From sequence record DRR378314_1836: a DNA stretch of 37,382 nucleotides; one strand, 5' to 3'. A program made the position numbers and the translations under genes. Shown one piece after another: positions 29,002-37,382 of the stretch (position 1 is its first letter; every line of letters begins with the position of its first letter). The notes under the pieces were generated by a model, which saw nothing but the letters and a program-made list of their open reading frames with translations, did no database searches and was not told the origin of the DNA.

Positions 29002-29054
29002 GTATTTGTTAGCCATACATCACTAATTCAAAGCCGTATGAAAAAGATAATAAA

Positions 29055-29456
29055 ATGAATAAACCTGAAATCAATTTAGTTAATAAACCCAATGGCATTG
29101 GTATAGGCCGTATTATAAAAGCCACTCAGTGTTCTATAAAAGGGTTTAAAGCGGCTTTTAAAGAAGAGTCGGCATTTAGAACTGAACTGGCATTAGGTGT
29201 TATTTTGTTGCCCTTATCGTTTTGGTTGGCGCAGTCTTTACTGCACTGGGTGATACTCATTGTTAGCTTTTTATTTTTATTGATTGTTGAATTGCTTAAC
29301 TCCGCTATTGAAGCATTAACGGATAGAGTAGGGGTTGAATATCATGTTTTATCGGGGCGCGCTAAAGATATAGCATCAGCGGCAGTAACCTTAGCTTTAA
29401 TTGTATTGTTAATAGTATGGGGTGTCGCTGGATATGAAAAGATACTTACATTATAG
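29055..29456 (+). CDS. dgkA: Diacylglycerol kinase
   Basis: RIIKA..SIKGFKAAFKEESAFR, ELLNSAIE, LSGRAKDIASAAV. Confidence 0.96.
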   Translation: MNKPEINLVNKPNGIGIGRIIKATQCSIKGFKAAFKEESAFRTELALGVILLPLSFWLAQSLLHWVILIVSFLFLLIVELLNSAIEALTDRVGVEYHVLSGRAKDIASAAVTLALIVLLIVWGVAGYEKILTL

Positions 29457-29665
29457 GTTAGAAAGTTAGGTAAAACGTCACGGGCTTCGAATAGATCTTA
29501 GTACCTAGTCACTTTTAGCTATTATTTTATAATTACTTCTCTTGAGCGCAGCGTCTCTTAATCTCTTTGTGAATAAATTACTTTTAAATTTAATTGCGTG
29601 GGGTAGCGCATGCCTAGCAGCGAGTTTACCTCGCGACAAAAACGTAGAACATAATTTCTAGGCAT

Positions 29666-29691
29666 AAAAAAAGCGCCAATTGGCGCTTTTT
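29666..29691 (-). terminator. Intrinsic terminator of metK (bidirectional-capable)
   Basis: AAAAAAAGCGCCAATTGGCGCTTTTT. Confidence 0.88.
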
Positions 29692-29714
29692 CTACATTCA
29701 CACAAAGGCTGGAA

Positions 29715-30866
29715 TTAAAGACCAGCTGCTGCGCGAAGTGCGTCAGCTTTATCTGTGCGTTCCCATGGGAATTCATCACGACCAAAGTGGCCGTAAGCCG
29801 CTGTTGGTAGGTAAATTGGACGCTCAAGATCTAACATTTGAATTAAGCCGTAAGGGCGTAAGTCAAAGTGTTCACGAATAAGTTCGATTAAACGACTTTC
29901 TTCTAATTTGCTAGTACCAAACGTTTCAACACTGATTGACGTAGGTTCTGCAACACCGATAGCGTAAGAAACCTGTAGCTCACACTTGTCAGCAAGACCA
30001 GCGGCAACCACGTTTTTAGCAACATAACGTGCAGCGTACGCAGCTGAACGGTCAACTTTTGATGGATCTTTACCAGAGAAAGCACCACCACCGTGACGTG
30101 CCATACCGCCGTAGGTGTCAACAATGATTTTACGACCTGTTAAACCACAGTCACCCATTGGGCCACCGATAACAAAACGGCCAGTTGGGTTGATGAAGAA
30201 CTTCGTTGCGCTAGTAATTAGCTCTGCAGGTAGTACCGGCTTGATGATAGTTTCCATTACCGCTTCTACTAAGTCATTTTGTGAAATTTCTTCACTGTGC
30301 TGAGTAGAAAGAACTACCGCATCGATACCAACAGGCTTACCATTTTCGTATGCAAAGGTTACTTGTGATTTTGCATCAGGACGTAACCAGTTAAGTTCGC
30401 CGCTTTTACGTACTTGCGCTTGGCGCTGTACTAAACGGTGAGAGTACGTGATTGGTGCAGGCATTAGCACTTCAGTTTCGTTACATGCGTAACCAAACAT
30501 TAAGCCTTGGTCACCAGCGCCTTGTTCTTCAGGGCTAGTACGGTCAACACCCTGGTTGATATCTGGTGATTGCTTACCGATAGTGTTTAAAATTGCACAC
30601 GAATCAGCATCAAAACCCATATCTGAATGAGTATAGCCAATTTCACGCACTGTTTTACGCGTGATTTCTTCGATATCAACCCATGCACTCGTGGTGATTT
30701 CACCACCGACCATGACCATACCGGTTTTTACGTAAGTTTCACACGCAACACGTGCATGAGAATCTTGCTCTAAGATGGCATCTAGTACCGCGTCAGAGAT
30801 TTGATCCGCGATTTTATCCGGATGACCTTCAGAAACTGATTCAGAAGTAAATAAATGTTTTGCCAT
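29715..30866 (-). CDS. metK: S-adenosylmethionine synthetase
   Basis: [33 protein letters not shown]. Confidence 0.99.
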   Translation of the reverse strand: MAKHLFTSESVSEGHPDKIADQISDAVLDAILEQDSHARVACETYVKTGMVMVGGEITTSAWVDIEEITRKTVREIGYTHSDMGFDADSCAILNTIGKQSPDINQGVDRTSPEEQGAGDQGLMFGYACNETEVLMPAPITYSHRLVQRQAQVRKSGELNWLRPDAKSQVTFAYENGKPVGIDAVVLSTQHSEEISQNDLVEAVMETIIKPVLPAELITSATKFFINPTGRFVIGGPMGDCGLTGRKIIVDTYGGMARHGGGAFSGKDPSKVDRSAAYAARYVAKNVVAAGLADKCELQVSYAIGVAEPTSISVETFGTSKLEESRLIELIREHFDLRPYGLIQMLDLERPIYLPTAAYGHFGRDEFPWERTDKADALRAAAGL

Positions 30867-30968
30867 TGTATTTCTGCTCACAAATATTGCGCTTCACAAA
30901 CGTCGGTAAGAGCGCTAAAAAATTAAGGGGCGTATTTTATCTAAAACAAATATATTTTCATAGTAATT

Positions 30969-30984
30969 TTACGCCTAGACGTCT
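30969..30984. promoter_or_regulatory. MetJ operator (tandem Met boxes) upstream of metK
   Basis: Perfect AGACGTCT at 30977-30984 abutting a 5/8 box TTACGCCT at 30969-30976. Confidence 0.85.
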
Positions 30985-31144
30985 AAATAAAATTACTAAT
31001 AACTTTTAGTTCTTAATAAACCTCCATTTTAGTCTAATTTATTAGGGGTTTTAATTGCACACTGCCCCTAGAATAAGTAAGAATGGGTGTTTCTAGTAAA
31101 ACACACAATCAACCAGCGCAAATACAGTAAAGGTAGGAGAATTC

Positions 31145-33136
31145 ATGCCGTCTCGCAAAGAACTTGCAAATGCTATTCGCGTCTTATCAATGGACGCAGT
31201 ACAACAGGCCAAATCAGGCCACCCTGGAGCCCCTATGGGCATGGCAGATATCGCAGAAGTACTATGGCGCGATTATCTAAATCATAATCCAACTAATCCA
31301 GAGTGGGTAGACAGAGATCGATTTATACTCTCAAACGGCCACGGTTCAATGCTTATTTATTCTCTACTGCATTTAAGTGGTTATGATTTACCAATTGACG
31401 AAATTAAAAACTTCCGTCAAATGCATTCAAAAACACCGGGTCATCCAGAATATGGTTATGCACCAGGTATCGAAACCACTACGGGCCCACTTGGTCAAGG
31501 GATCACAAATGCAGTCGGTATGGCGATTGCTGAAAAAGCATTAGCGGCTCAGTTTAACCGTGAAGGCCACGACATTGTTGATCACTTCACGTATACATTC
31601 TTGGGCGATGGCTGCCTTATGGAAGGTATTTCTCACGAAGCATGTTCGCTTGCGGGTACTTTAGGCCTTGGTAAGTTAGTAGCATTTTGGGATGACAACG
31701 GTATTTCAATCGATGGTGAAGTCGAAGGTTGGTTCAGTGATGATACCCCAGCGCGTTTTAAAGCGTACGGTTGGCATGTAATCAGTGATGTAGATGGCCA
31801 TGATTCAGACGCTATTCGCACAGCAATCGAAGAAGCACGCAGCATCACAGACAAGCCAACACTCATTTGTTGTAAAACAGTAATTGGTTACGGTTCACCT
31901 AATAAATCAGGTAGCCATGACTGTCACGGTGCGCCACTGGGTGAAGACGAAATTAAAGCCGCGCGCGAGTTCCTTGGTTGGACTGGCGATGCATTTGACA
32001 TTCCAGCTGACATTTACAGCGAGTGGGATGGCAAAGAAAAAGGTAAGCAACTTGAAGCGAGCTGGGATGAAAAGTTTGCCGCATATGCAGCCGCACACCC
32101 TGAACTAGCAGCAGAGTTTAAACGTCGTACAAGTGGTGAGTTACCAGCTGATTGGAGCGAGAAATCACAAGCGTACATTGAGCAACTTGATGCAAACCCA
32201 GCAAACCCTGCATCACGTAAAGCATCACAAGATGCACTTAATGCATTTGGTCCTCTATTACCAGAGTTTATGGGCGGCTCTGCTGATTTAGCAGGTTCAA
32301 ACCTAACAATTTGGAAAGGTTCTAAAGGCCTTGAAGCCAATGATGCCAGCGGTAACTACATCTACTACGGTGTGCGTGAGTTTGGTATGTCAGCAATTAT
32401 GAATGGTATTGCACTACATAAAGGCTTTATCCCTTACGGTGCGACCTTCTTAATGTTTATGGAATACGCGCGTAATGCTGTACGTATGGCTGCGTTGATG
32501 AAAGTGCCAAGCATTTTTGTTTATACCCATGATTCAATTGGATTAGGTGAAGATGGCCCAACCCACCAACCAGTAGAGCAAATTGCGAGCATGCGTTTAA
32601 CGCCTAACCTAGTTAACTGGCGTCCGTGTGACCAAGTTGAGTCTGCAATTGCATGGCAACAAGCCATTGAGCGTAAAGACGGTCCAACGTCATTGATCTT
32701 TACTCGCCAAGGGCTTGCTCAACAAACTCGTTCAGCACAGCAATTAAGCGATGTGAAAAAAGGCGGTTACGTACTTAGCTGTGATGGTGAGCCTGAGCTT
32801 ATCTTAATCGCAACAGGCTCTGAGGTGCAATTAGCACAAGACTCTGCGGCTGAATTACGTAAGCAAGGTAAAAAGGTACGTGTTGTATCAATGCCTTCAA
32901 CAGATGTTTTTGATGCACAAGACGCAGCTTACAAAGAAAGCGTACTACCCGCTGCGGTTTCACGCCGCGTAGCAGTAGAAGCGGGTATTGCTGATTACTG
33001 GTATAAATACGTAGGCCTAAATGGCGCAGTCGTAGGTATGACGACCTTTGGTGAGTCAGCGCCAGCTAACGAATTGTTTGAACACTTTGGTTTCACGGTA
33101 GAAAATATCGTAAACAAGGCAAACGAACTGTTTTAA
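31145..33136 (+). CDS. tkt: Transketolase
   Basis: [49 protein letters not shown]. Confidence 0.99.
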   Translation: MPSRKELANAIRVLSMDAVQQAKSGHPGAPMGMADIAEVLWRDYLNHNPTNPEWVDRDRFILSNGHGSMLIYSLLHLSGYDLPIDEIKNFRQMHSKTPGHPEYGYAPGIETTTGPLGQGITNAVGMAIAEKALAAQFNREGHDIVDHFTYTFLGDGCLMEGISHEACSLAGTLGLGKLVAFWDDNGISIDGEVEGWFSDDTPARFKAYGWHVISDVDGHDSDAIRTAIEEARSITDKPTLICCKTVIGYGSPNKSGSHDCHGAPLGEDEIKAAREFLGWTGDAFDIPADIYSEWDGKEKGKQLEASWDEKFAAYAAAHPELAAEFKRRTSGELPADWSEKSQAYIEQLDANPANPASRKASQDALNAFGPLLPEFMGGSADLAGSNLTIWKGSKGLEANDASGNYIYYGVREFGMSAIMNGIALHKGFIPYGATFLMFMEYARNAVRMAALMKVPSIFVYTHDSIGLGEDGPTHQPVEQIASMRLTPNLVNWRPCDQVESAIAWQQAIERKDGPTSLIFTRQGLAQQTRSAQQLSDVKKGGYVLSCDGEPELILIATGSEVQLAQDSAAELRKQGKKVRVVSMPSTDVFDAQDAAYKESVLPAAVSRRVAVEAGIADYWYKYVGLNGAVVGMTTFGESAPANELFEHFGFTVENIVNKANELF

Positions 33137-33183
33137 GTGCTGAGGTATTAATGGTCAGCTATTAATACCGAATCTGAGAATAG

Positions 33184-33221
33184 AAAAACCCGCTTAGTAT
33201 TAAAGACTAAGCGGGTTTTTT
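33184..33221. terminator. Bidirectional intrinsic terminator between tkt and DUF1501 gene
   Basis: AAAAACCCGCTTAGT-ATTAAAG-ACTAAGCGGGTTTTTT. Confidence 0.9.
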
Positions 33222-33276
33222 ATTATTTACTCATTAACGCTGGCTAACATAATAAGCTAATTAGTCAGCGTAGGAG

Positions 33277-34605
33277 TTAAATAAAACCCAGAGTATGTTG
33301 GTTAAAGTTGGCTAAATTCGGGAATATATCTACTAGTTCTGAGTCAGGTACGCCAAACCACTTGGCTAAAGTGGCAAAGTACTGCTCATTCGCAACGTCG
33401 GGTATTAATCGTCCACCTCGGGTGTCTTTTGGACCGCCTAAATGTTGGGTCAACAAGGAGCCATATAAATCGCCACCGTTTACCGCGCCGCCCATTACAA
33501 GATGATTCCCCGCCCAACCATGATCAGTACCATTACCGTTAGAGGTTAATGTTCGGCCAAACTCACTCATGGTAAACAGTGTCACATTGTCTTGTTTATT
33601 TAGGTAAGACATTGCGCGATTAAACTCAGCTAACGACTGTGATAACTGGCTGAGCAATGAAGCATGGCTGCGATTTTGGTCGCCATGAGTATCAAAGCCA
33701 CCCATTGACACATAAAATACTTGGCGTTTACACCCAAGTTGAGATTGAATTGATATTGTACGTGCTATCGTTTTAAGCCTACGAGAAAGAGAGCTGTTAG
33801 AAAATACACCATCAATAGGATCAGAGTCTTGGAGGGCAATATTCATTGCTGAGGTTTTATCAATGGATGCTTTTACACGCGAGCCATAGGCTTGCGCAAT
33901 AGGGTTTGTTTGACCTGTTAATACGCGATTAAACAGGTTATTCACATGTTCACTACGCTCTTGTGAGCCGCTTAAAGCATTAATGCGGCTTATGCCATTG
34001 CTGCTTAAACTAAAGGGCATGCTGTTGCTGCTAGTTTGCCAGAGGTTCATTCCTGAGAGCGAAATATTGCCGCCAAACTGTTCACTTTGTTGCAGTCGCT
34101 CTAATAATCTTGCGCCCCAGCCACTATTTAGTGAGCTTTGCTCTTTGCCATACATCCATGTTGCTCGTTGTTTGTTATGCGAAAAAAGGTGCAGTGGGAG
34201 TGGAACAGACTTATTGATAACATCTTGCTGCGTTGTTGGCGCAATTAAGCTGCCAACGCCAGTAACAAAGGCCAGTTGGCGCTCTTCAAATATACTTTGC
34301 AATGGCGCTAAAGAATTATGCAAACCAACACCGCCTTCTTGTGCGGTATCTGGCGACAATTGCAAAGGGTTATTAATAGCTAAATTTTGTCGGCTTGCTT
34401 CATATAGGCTGCGTGCTTCGCCTTCAATGGGCACCAACATATTTAAAGAGTCATTACCGCCACTTAAATAAACGCACACGAGTGCTTTATATTCGTCATC
34501 AGCAAAATTGCTAGCACCTTGAAAAGCCTGCAACTGTAATTGAGTAAGTGCAGCCATAGACACACCACCCTTTAAGCATAAGTCTAAAAACTTTCTTCTA
34601 TCCAT
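33277..34605 (-). CDS. Tat-exported DUF1501 protein
   Basis: DRRKFL twin-arginine motif; YKALVCVYLSGGND, LFSH, GWG, GGFDTH, SEFGRT..NG.GTDHGW. Confidence 0.92.
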   Translation of the reverse strand: MDRRKFLDLCLKGGVSMAALTQLQLQAFQGASNFADDEYKALVCVYLSGGNDSLNMLVPIEGEARSLYEASRQNLAINNPLQLSPDTAQEGGVGLHNSLAPLQSIFEERQLAFVTGVGSLIAPTTQQDVINKSVPLPLHLFSHNKQRATWMYGKEQSSLNSGWGARLLERLQQSEQFGGNISLSGMNLWQTSSNSMPFSLSSNGISRINALSGSQERSEHVNNLFNRVLTGQTNPIAQAYGSRVKASIDKTSAMNIALQDSDPIDGVFSNSSLSRRLKTIARTISIQSQLGCKRQVFYVSMGGFDTHGDQNRSHASLLSQLSQSLAEFNRAMSYLNKQDNVTLFTMSEFGRTLTSNGNGTDHGWAGNHLVMGGAVNGGDLYGSLLTQHLGGPKDTRGGRLIPDVANEQYFATLAKWFGVPDSELVDIFPNLANFNQHTLGFI

Positions 34606-34614
34606 GACACTCTC

Positions 34615-36579
34615 CTATTGCTGCAAGCTGTATTCGGCTGAAACCGTAATTAAATACACGATATACGAAAGCCTTAAATGACTTTCACTTGACGAAAAGT
34701 AAGCGTCCATATCGTAAATTGCATTGCGCATATCGTGTGACATAGCACCTGCAAAGAATAATGTGTCGTACTTATCGATAACCGCATTTAAGCCAAAGTT
34801 AGCCAGTAACTCCAAGTCATCACCCATGTACAAATAGACATAGTTTTCATTGAGTTCATCATAACGTTCTGCAACGCGTCGGCTCATTTCATCAAAATGA
34901 GTATTTAGTGTATTGATCACATAAGCATCGTTGGCAATTTGTAATTCTGGTGCAACAAGCATAGAGCCCGATAGCTCTTGAGGTTGATGATCCGGTTGGT
35001 AAAAGTTAAAAACAGAGGGGGACTGCAACGGGCCTTGGCCAAACTTTAGGCTTAAATTGCTGGTGTAATAACGATTATTTAGCGACTTAGCCTTGAATAC
35101 CCGCCACAGTTGCATTTGTTTAAGGAGTGGCTCTCTCACTTTACCAAAATAAGCAAGAGGCGCTGCAAACTGCCGAGCTTCAGGGTCAAGGTAGATTGCT
35201 TTTATTACAGCACTCAAGTCACCTTTAACACCTTGGCCATTATCATTAAAAATTTTAGCAACCCGCTCAATGTAACTGGGGGACGGGTTTGATGTAATTA
35301 ACTTTAAAATTAATTGTTTACTTATAAATGGAGCTATATTTGGGTGTGCAAAGATTGTATCGAGCGCTATTTTTAGTGAGGTTTCTGCATCAGTATTAGC
35401 AGGAATAACCACATCACTGATTAAATGTTTCTCAGCTGTTGAATGATACGCCTCAAATGGGCTCATAAGAATTGAGTGGTTATTGCTCGGGCGCCCCCAA
35501 AACTCACTGGCGCCAAATGTCCAGCCAGTGAATACTTTAGCAAACCCTTCAATATCAGCTTGAGTATAAGCAGGGATCGGTTGGCCATTTGTATCTTTTT
35601 TTACTAAACCATTTAGCGATAACTCTTCTAAACCTATGCTAAATAACTGTAGCAGCTCCCTAGCATAGTTTTCGTCTGGGCGAATATTACGCTCTTCATC
35701 GGCTTTTTCATTGCCTAAATGATCCAAATATTTTCCCATGATAGGGGATCGAGATATAGTTTCAAGAATGTCACGGTAATTGCCAAATGCATTTTCTAGT
35801 AACATATCGTAGTAGCTCACCATGCCTTTAGGCTCATTTGCCAATGAGTTATTAAAGTCAGACACCACAAAAATTTGACTCATAGCATAGGCAACTCGCT
35901 GCCTGAGTTGATCAGGAGCGTTAATACTGCCTTTCCACCAGGCATCAATACGATTTATTTGCCGTGGATAATCTCTGTTTGGATAGTTTTCTAAATAATC
36001 GACATGGTAGGTAATGGGCAGCTGCATTTGTGAGTCTATCCATTCTTCAGCGCTTAACCCCTGCGCCGATAAAATCTCTTCGTACGTTGGCCCTAAACTG
36101 GCCTGATGTAAAAGCCGAGCAGCGTGCGAACTGTCCATGGTAGCTTTTGCAGTAAAACCAAATTCAAACTCACTTTGTGCGCCATGTTCATCCGTTACTC
36201 TAAGCAAAAAGCGATACGCTTCATCATAACCACTGAGGGGGGAGGGAATAGTCAGTGTTAACACCTCATTGCCTGAGATTTCAATTGGCTGCCCTGCAAG
36301 CTGTTGCCAATTATAGGTGAGTGTATCGCCATCTGAATCACTTGCGCTGGCGTTTAAAGTGAGGGTTTGACCGTGGCTCACACTATCAGGAGGGGAGAGG
36401 CTAATAACCGGAGCGGTGTTTTCGGTGGTCGTATCGTCATCTGAAGTATCCCCGCTAGCAGGAGGGGTTGTTGGGGTATCTGATACAGGTGTTTCCTTAC
36501 TTGTGTTTGCTTCATTGCCACCGCCGCATGCAACTAAAAAACAACTTGTAAGGATAGCTAGTGCTATTCGCTTACTCAT
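34615..36579 (-). CDS. DUF1800 lipoprotein with N-terminal PKD/Ig-like domain
   Basis: Lipobox LVAC-GGG; NTAP..ASDSDGDTLTYNWQQ; DQLRQRVAYAMSQIFVVS, PDENYARELLQLFSIGL, TSNPSPSY, PSVFNFY. Confidence 0.92.
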   Translation of the reverse strand: MSKRIALAILTSCFLVACGGGNEANTSKETPVSDTPTTPPASGDTSDDDTTTENTAPVISLSPPDSVSHGQTLTLNASASDSDGDTLTYNWQQLAGQPIEISGNEVLTLTIPSPLSGYDEAYRFLLRVTDEHGAQSEFEFGFTAKATMDSSHAARLLHQASLGPTYEEILSAQGLSAEEWIDSQMQLPITYHVDYLENYPNRDYPRQINRIDAWWKGSINAPDQLRQRVAYAMSQIFVVSDFNNSLANEPKGMVSYYDMLLENAFGNYRDILETISRSPIMGKYLDHLGNEKADEERNIRPDENYARELLQLFSIGLEELSLNGLVKKDTNGQPIPAYTQADIEGFAKVFTGWTFGASEFWGRPSNNHSILMSPFEAYHSTAEKHLISDVVIPANTDAETSLKIALDTIFAHPNIAPFISKQLILKLITSNPSPSYIERVAKIFNDNGQGVKGDLSAVIKAIYLDPEARQFAAPLAYFGKVREPLLKQMQLWRVFKAKSLNNRYYTSNLSLKFGQGPLQSPSVFNFYQPDHQPQELSGSMLVAPELQIANDAYVINTLNTHFDEMSRRVAERYDELNENYVYLYMGDDLELLANFGLNAVIDKYDTLFFAGAMSHDMRNAIYDMDAYFSSSESHLRLSYIVYLITVSAEYSLQQ

Positions 36580-37013
36580 TTCAATGCCCTAATGTAAATA
36601 AATTTTTAATAATTTAGCATTGTAAATTTAATGTTGCGTAGTTGTTTTGTGTGAATTTTATTCACGTTTCTGGTCATACCTGAACAAGTAAGTGGGTACT
36701 ACTGATCCACACAATAAAGTTAGTGCACTCAACATGAACGGCAGGTTAATTTTTTGTGTTTGAAAGTTTAAATTTATGAGGGGTTAAAGTTTGCTTAGTA
36801 GAGAATATACGAAGATTATTTGTAGGAACATACGATGATTTATTATTTATAAAATAAGCCTAAGGCCAAATCTATTTGATGTTGGTGAGAGGTTTACCAA
36901 AAAAGTAAAATGGGTTTTACGTGAGCATTTTTCACATCTTGTTCCTTGCAAGGCTTATGAGTATCAGGCACTGTGGTCATTAATAAATTATAAAACAATA
37001 AACAGGAGTGAGG

Positions 37014-37325
37014 ATGTCTCAGTTTGATAATGTAAGTGTTGTTAAAACAGCAAACGTGTATTTTGATGGTAAAGTGTCAAGCCGTACAGTGATTTTTGCA
37101 GATGGCAGCACCAAAACATTAGGCTTTATGCAAGCGGGTGAATTTGAGTTTGCTACTAGTAAAAAAGAGCTAATGGAACTTAACGGTGGTCGGTGGGAAG
37201 TTTTGCTCCCGGGTGAGACCGAGTGGAAAACTATGTCAGCAGGTGAGTCATTTAATGTTGATGCGAACGTTACTTTCCAAGTAAAAGTGGCTGATTTTGC
37301 TGATTACTGTTGTTCGTACACTTAG
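37014..37325 (+). CDS. ppnP: Pyrimidine/purine nucleoside phosphorylase (DUF1255)
   Basis: [43 protein letters not shown] upstream. Confidence 0.93.
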   Translation: MSQFDNVSVVKTANVYFDGKVSSRTVIFADGSTKTLGFMQAGEFEFATSKKELMELNGGRWEVLLPGETEWKTMSAGESFNVDANVTFQVKVADFADYCCSYT

Positions 37326-37382
37326 GGTCTGTTTACCTTTCAAGGTTAAATCTGCAGCAGTCTGTTTGGTATTTAGGCAAGG
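37323..37382. mobile_element. Left end of a probable MITE-like dispersed repeat, running off the window
   Basis: TAGGGTCTGTTTACCTTTCA..TTAAA resembles TAGGGCGTGTCGACCTTTCA..TTAAA at 12983; begins at the ppnP stop codon. Confidence 0.6.

Noticed and set aside
29558-29827. 89-aa ORF overlapping the metK 3' end
   Set aside because: Out-of-frame overlap crossing the metK terminator; likely spurious
33983-34471. 162-aa antisense ORF and other short nested or antisense ORFs in the track
   Set aside because: Shadows of well-supported genes with no motifs or RBS support
36650-36936. Canonical CRP sites
   Set aside because: Half-site spacing is 7 nt, not 6; reported instead as an unknown motif
1-37382. 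CRISPR array, tRNA/rRNA, prophage, transposase or defence genes
   Set aside because: No regularly spaced repeats, structural RNA signatures or matching protein motifs recognised by eye

Overview
AT-rich chromosomal window from a marine gammaproteobacterium, most likely Pseudoalteromonas (inferred from gene content and protein style). The core scaffold is cca, exeA/exeB, an HD-GYP gene, putA/putR, ygiM, ygiF, a START-domain gene, an LTA-synthase-like gene with dgkA, metK, tkt and ppnP. It also carries two uncharacterised envelope gene pairs (DUF1566 x2 and DUF1800/DUF1501). The most notable region is a 12.3-kb minus-strand block (5644-17944): TonB-dependent receptor, two GH20 hexosaminidases, ECF sigma factor, FecR anti-sigma, and a second, paralogous TonB receptor with an N-terminal signalling extension. 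This looks like a FecIRA-type cell-surface signalling system repurposed for GlcNAc/chito-oligosaccharides, with separate sensor and transporter receptors. An identical bipartite motif, TTCCCAAAC-N13-CGTTTATA, lies upstream of both likely transcription units and is a strong candidate for the cognate ECF promoter. Two copies of a MITE-like inverted-repeat family, a MetJ box and several terminators are also visible. All family assignments come from motif recognition by eye; no searches were run.
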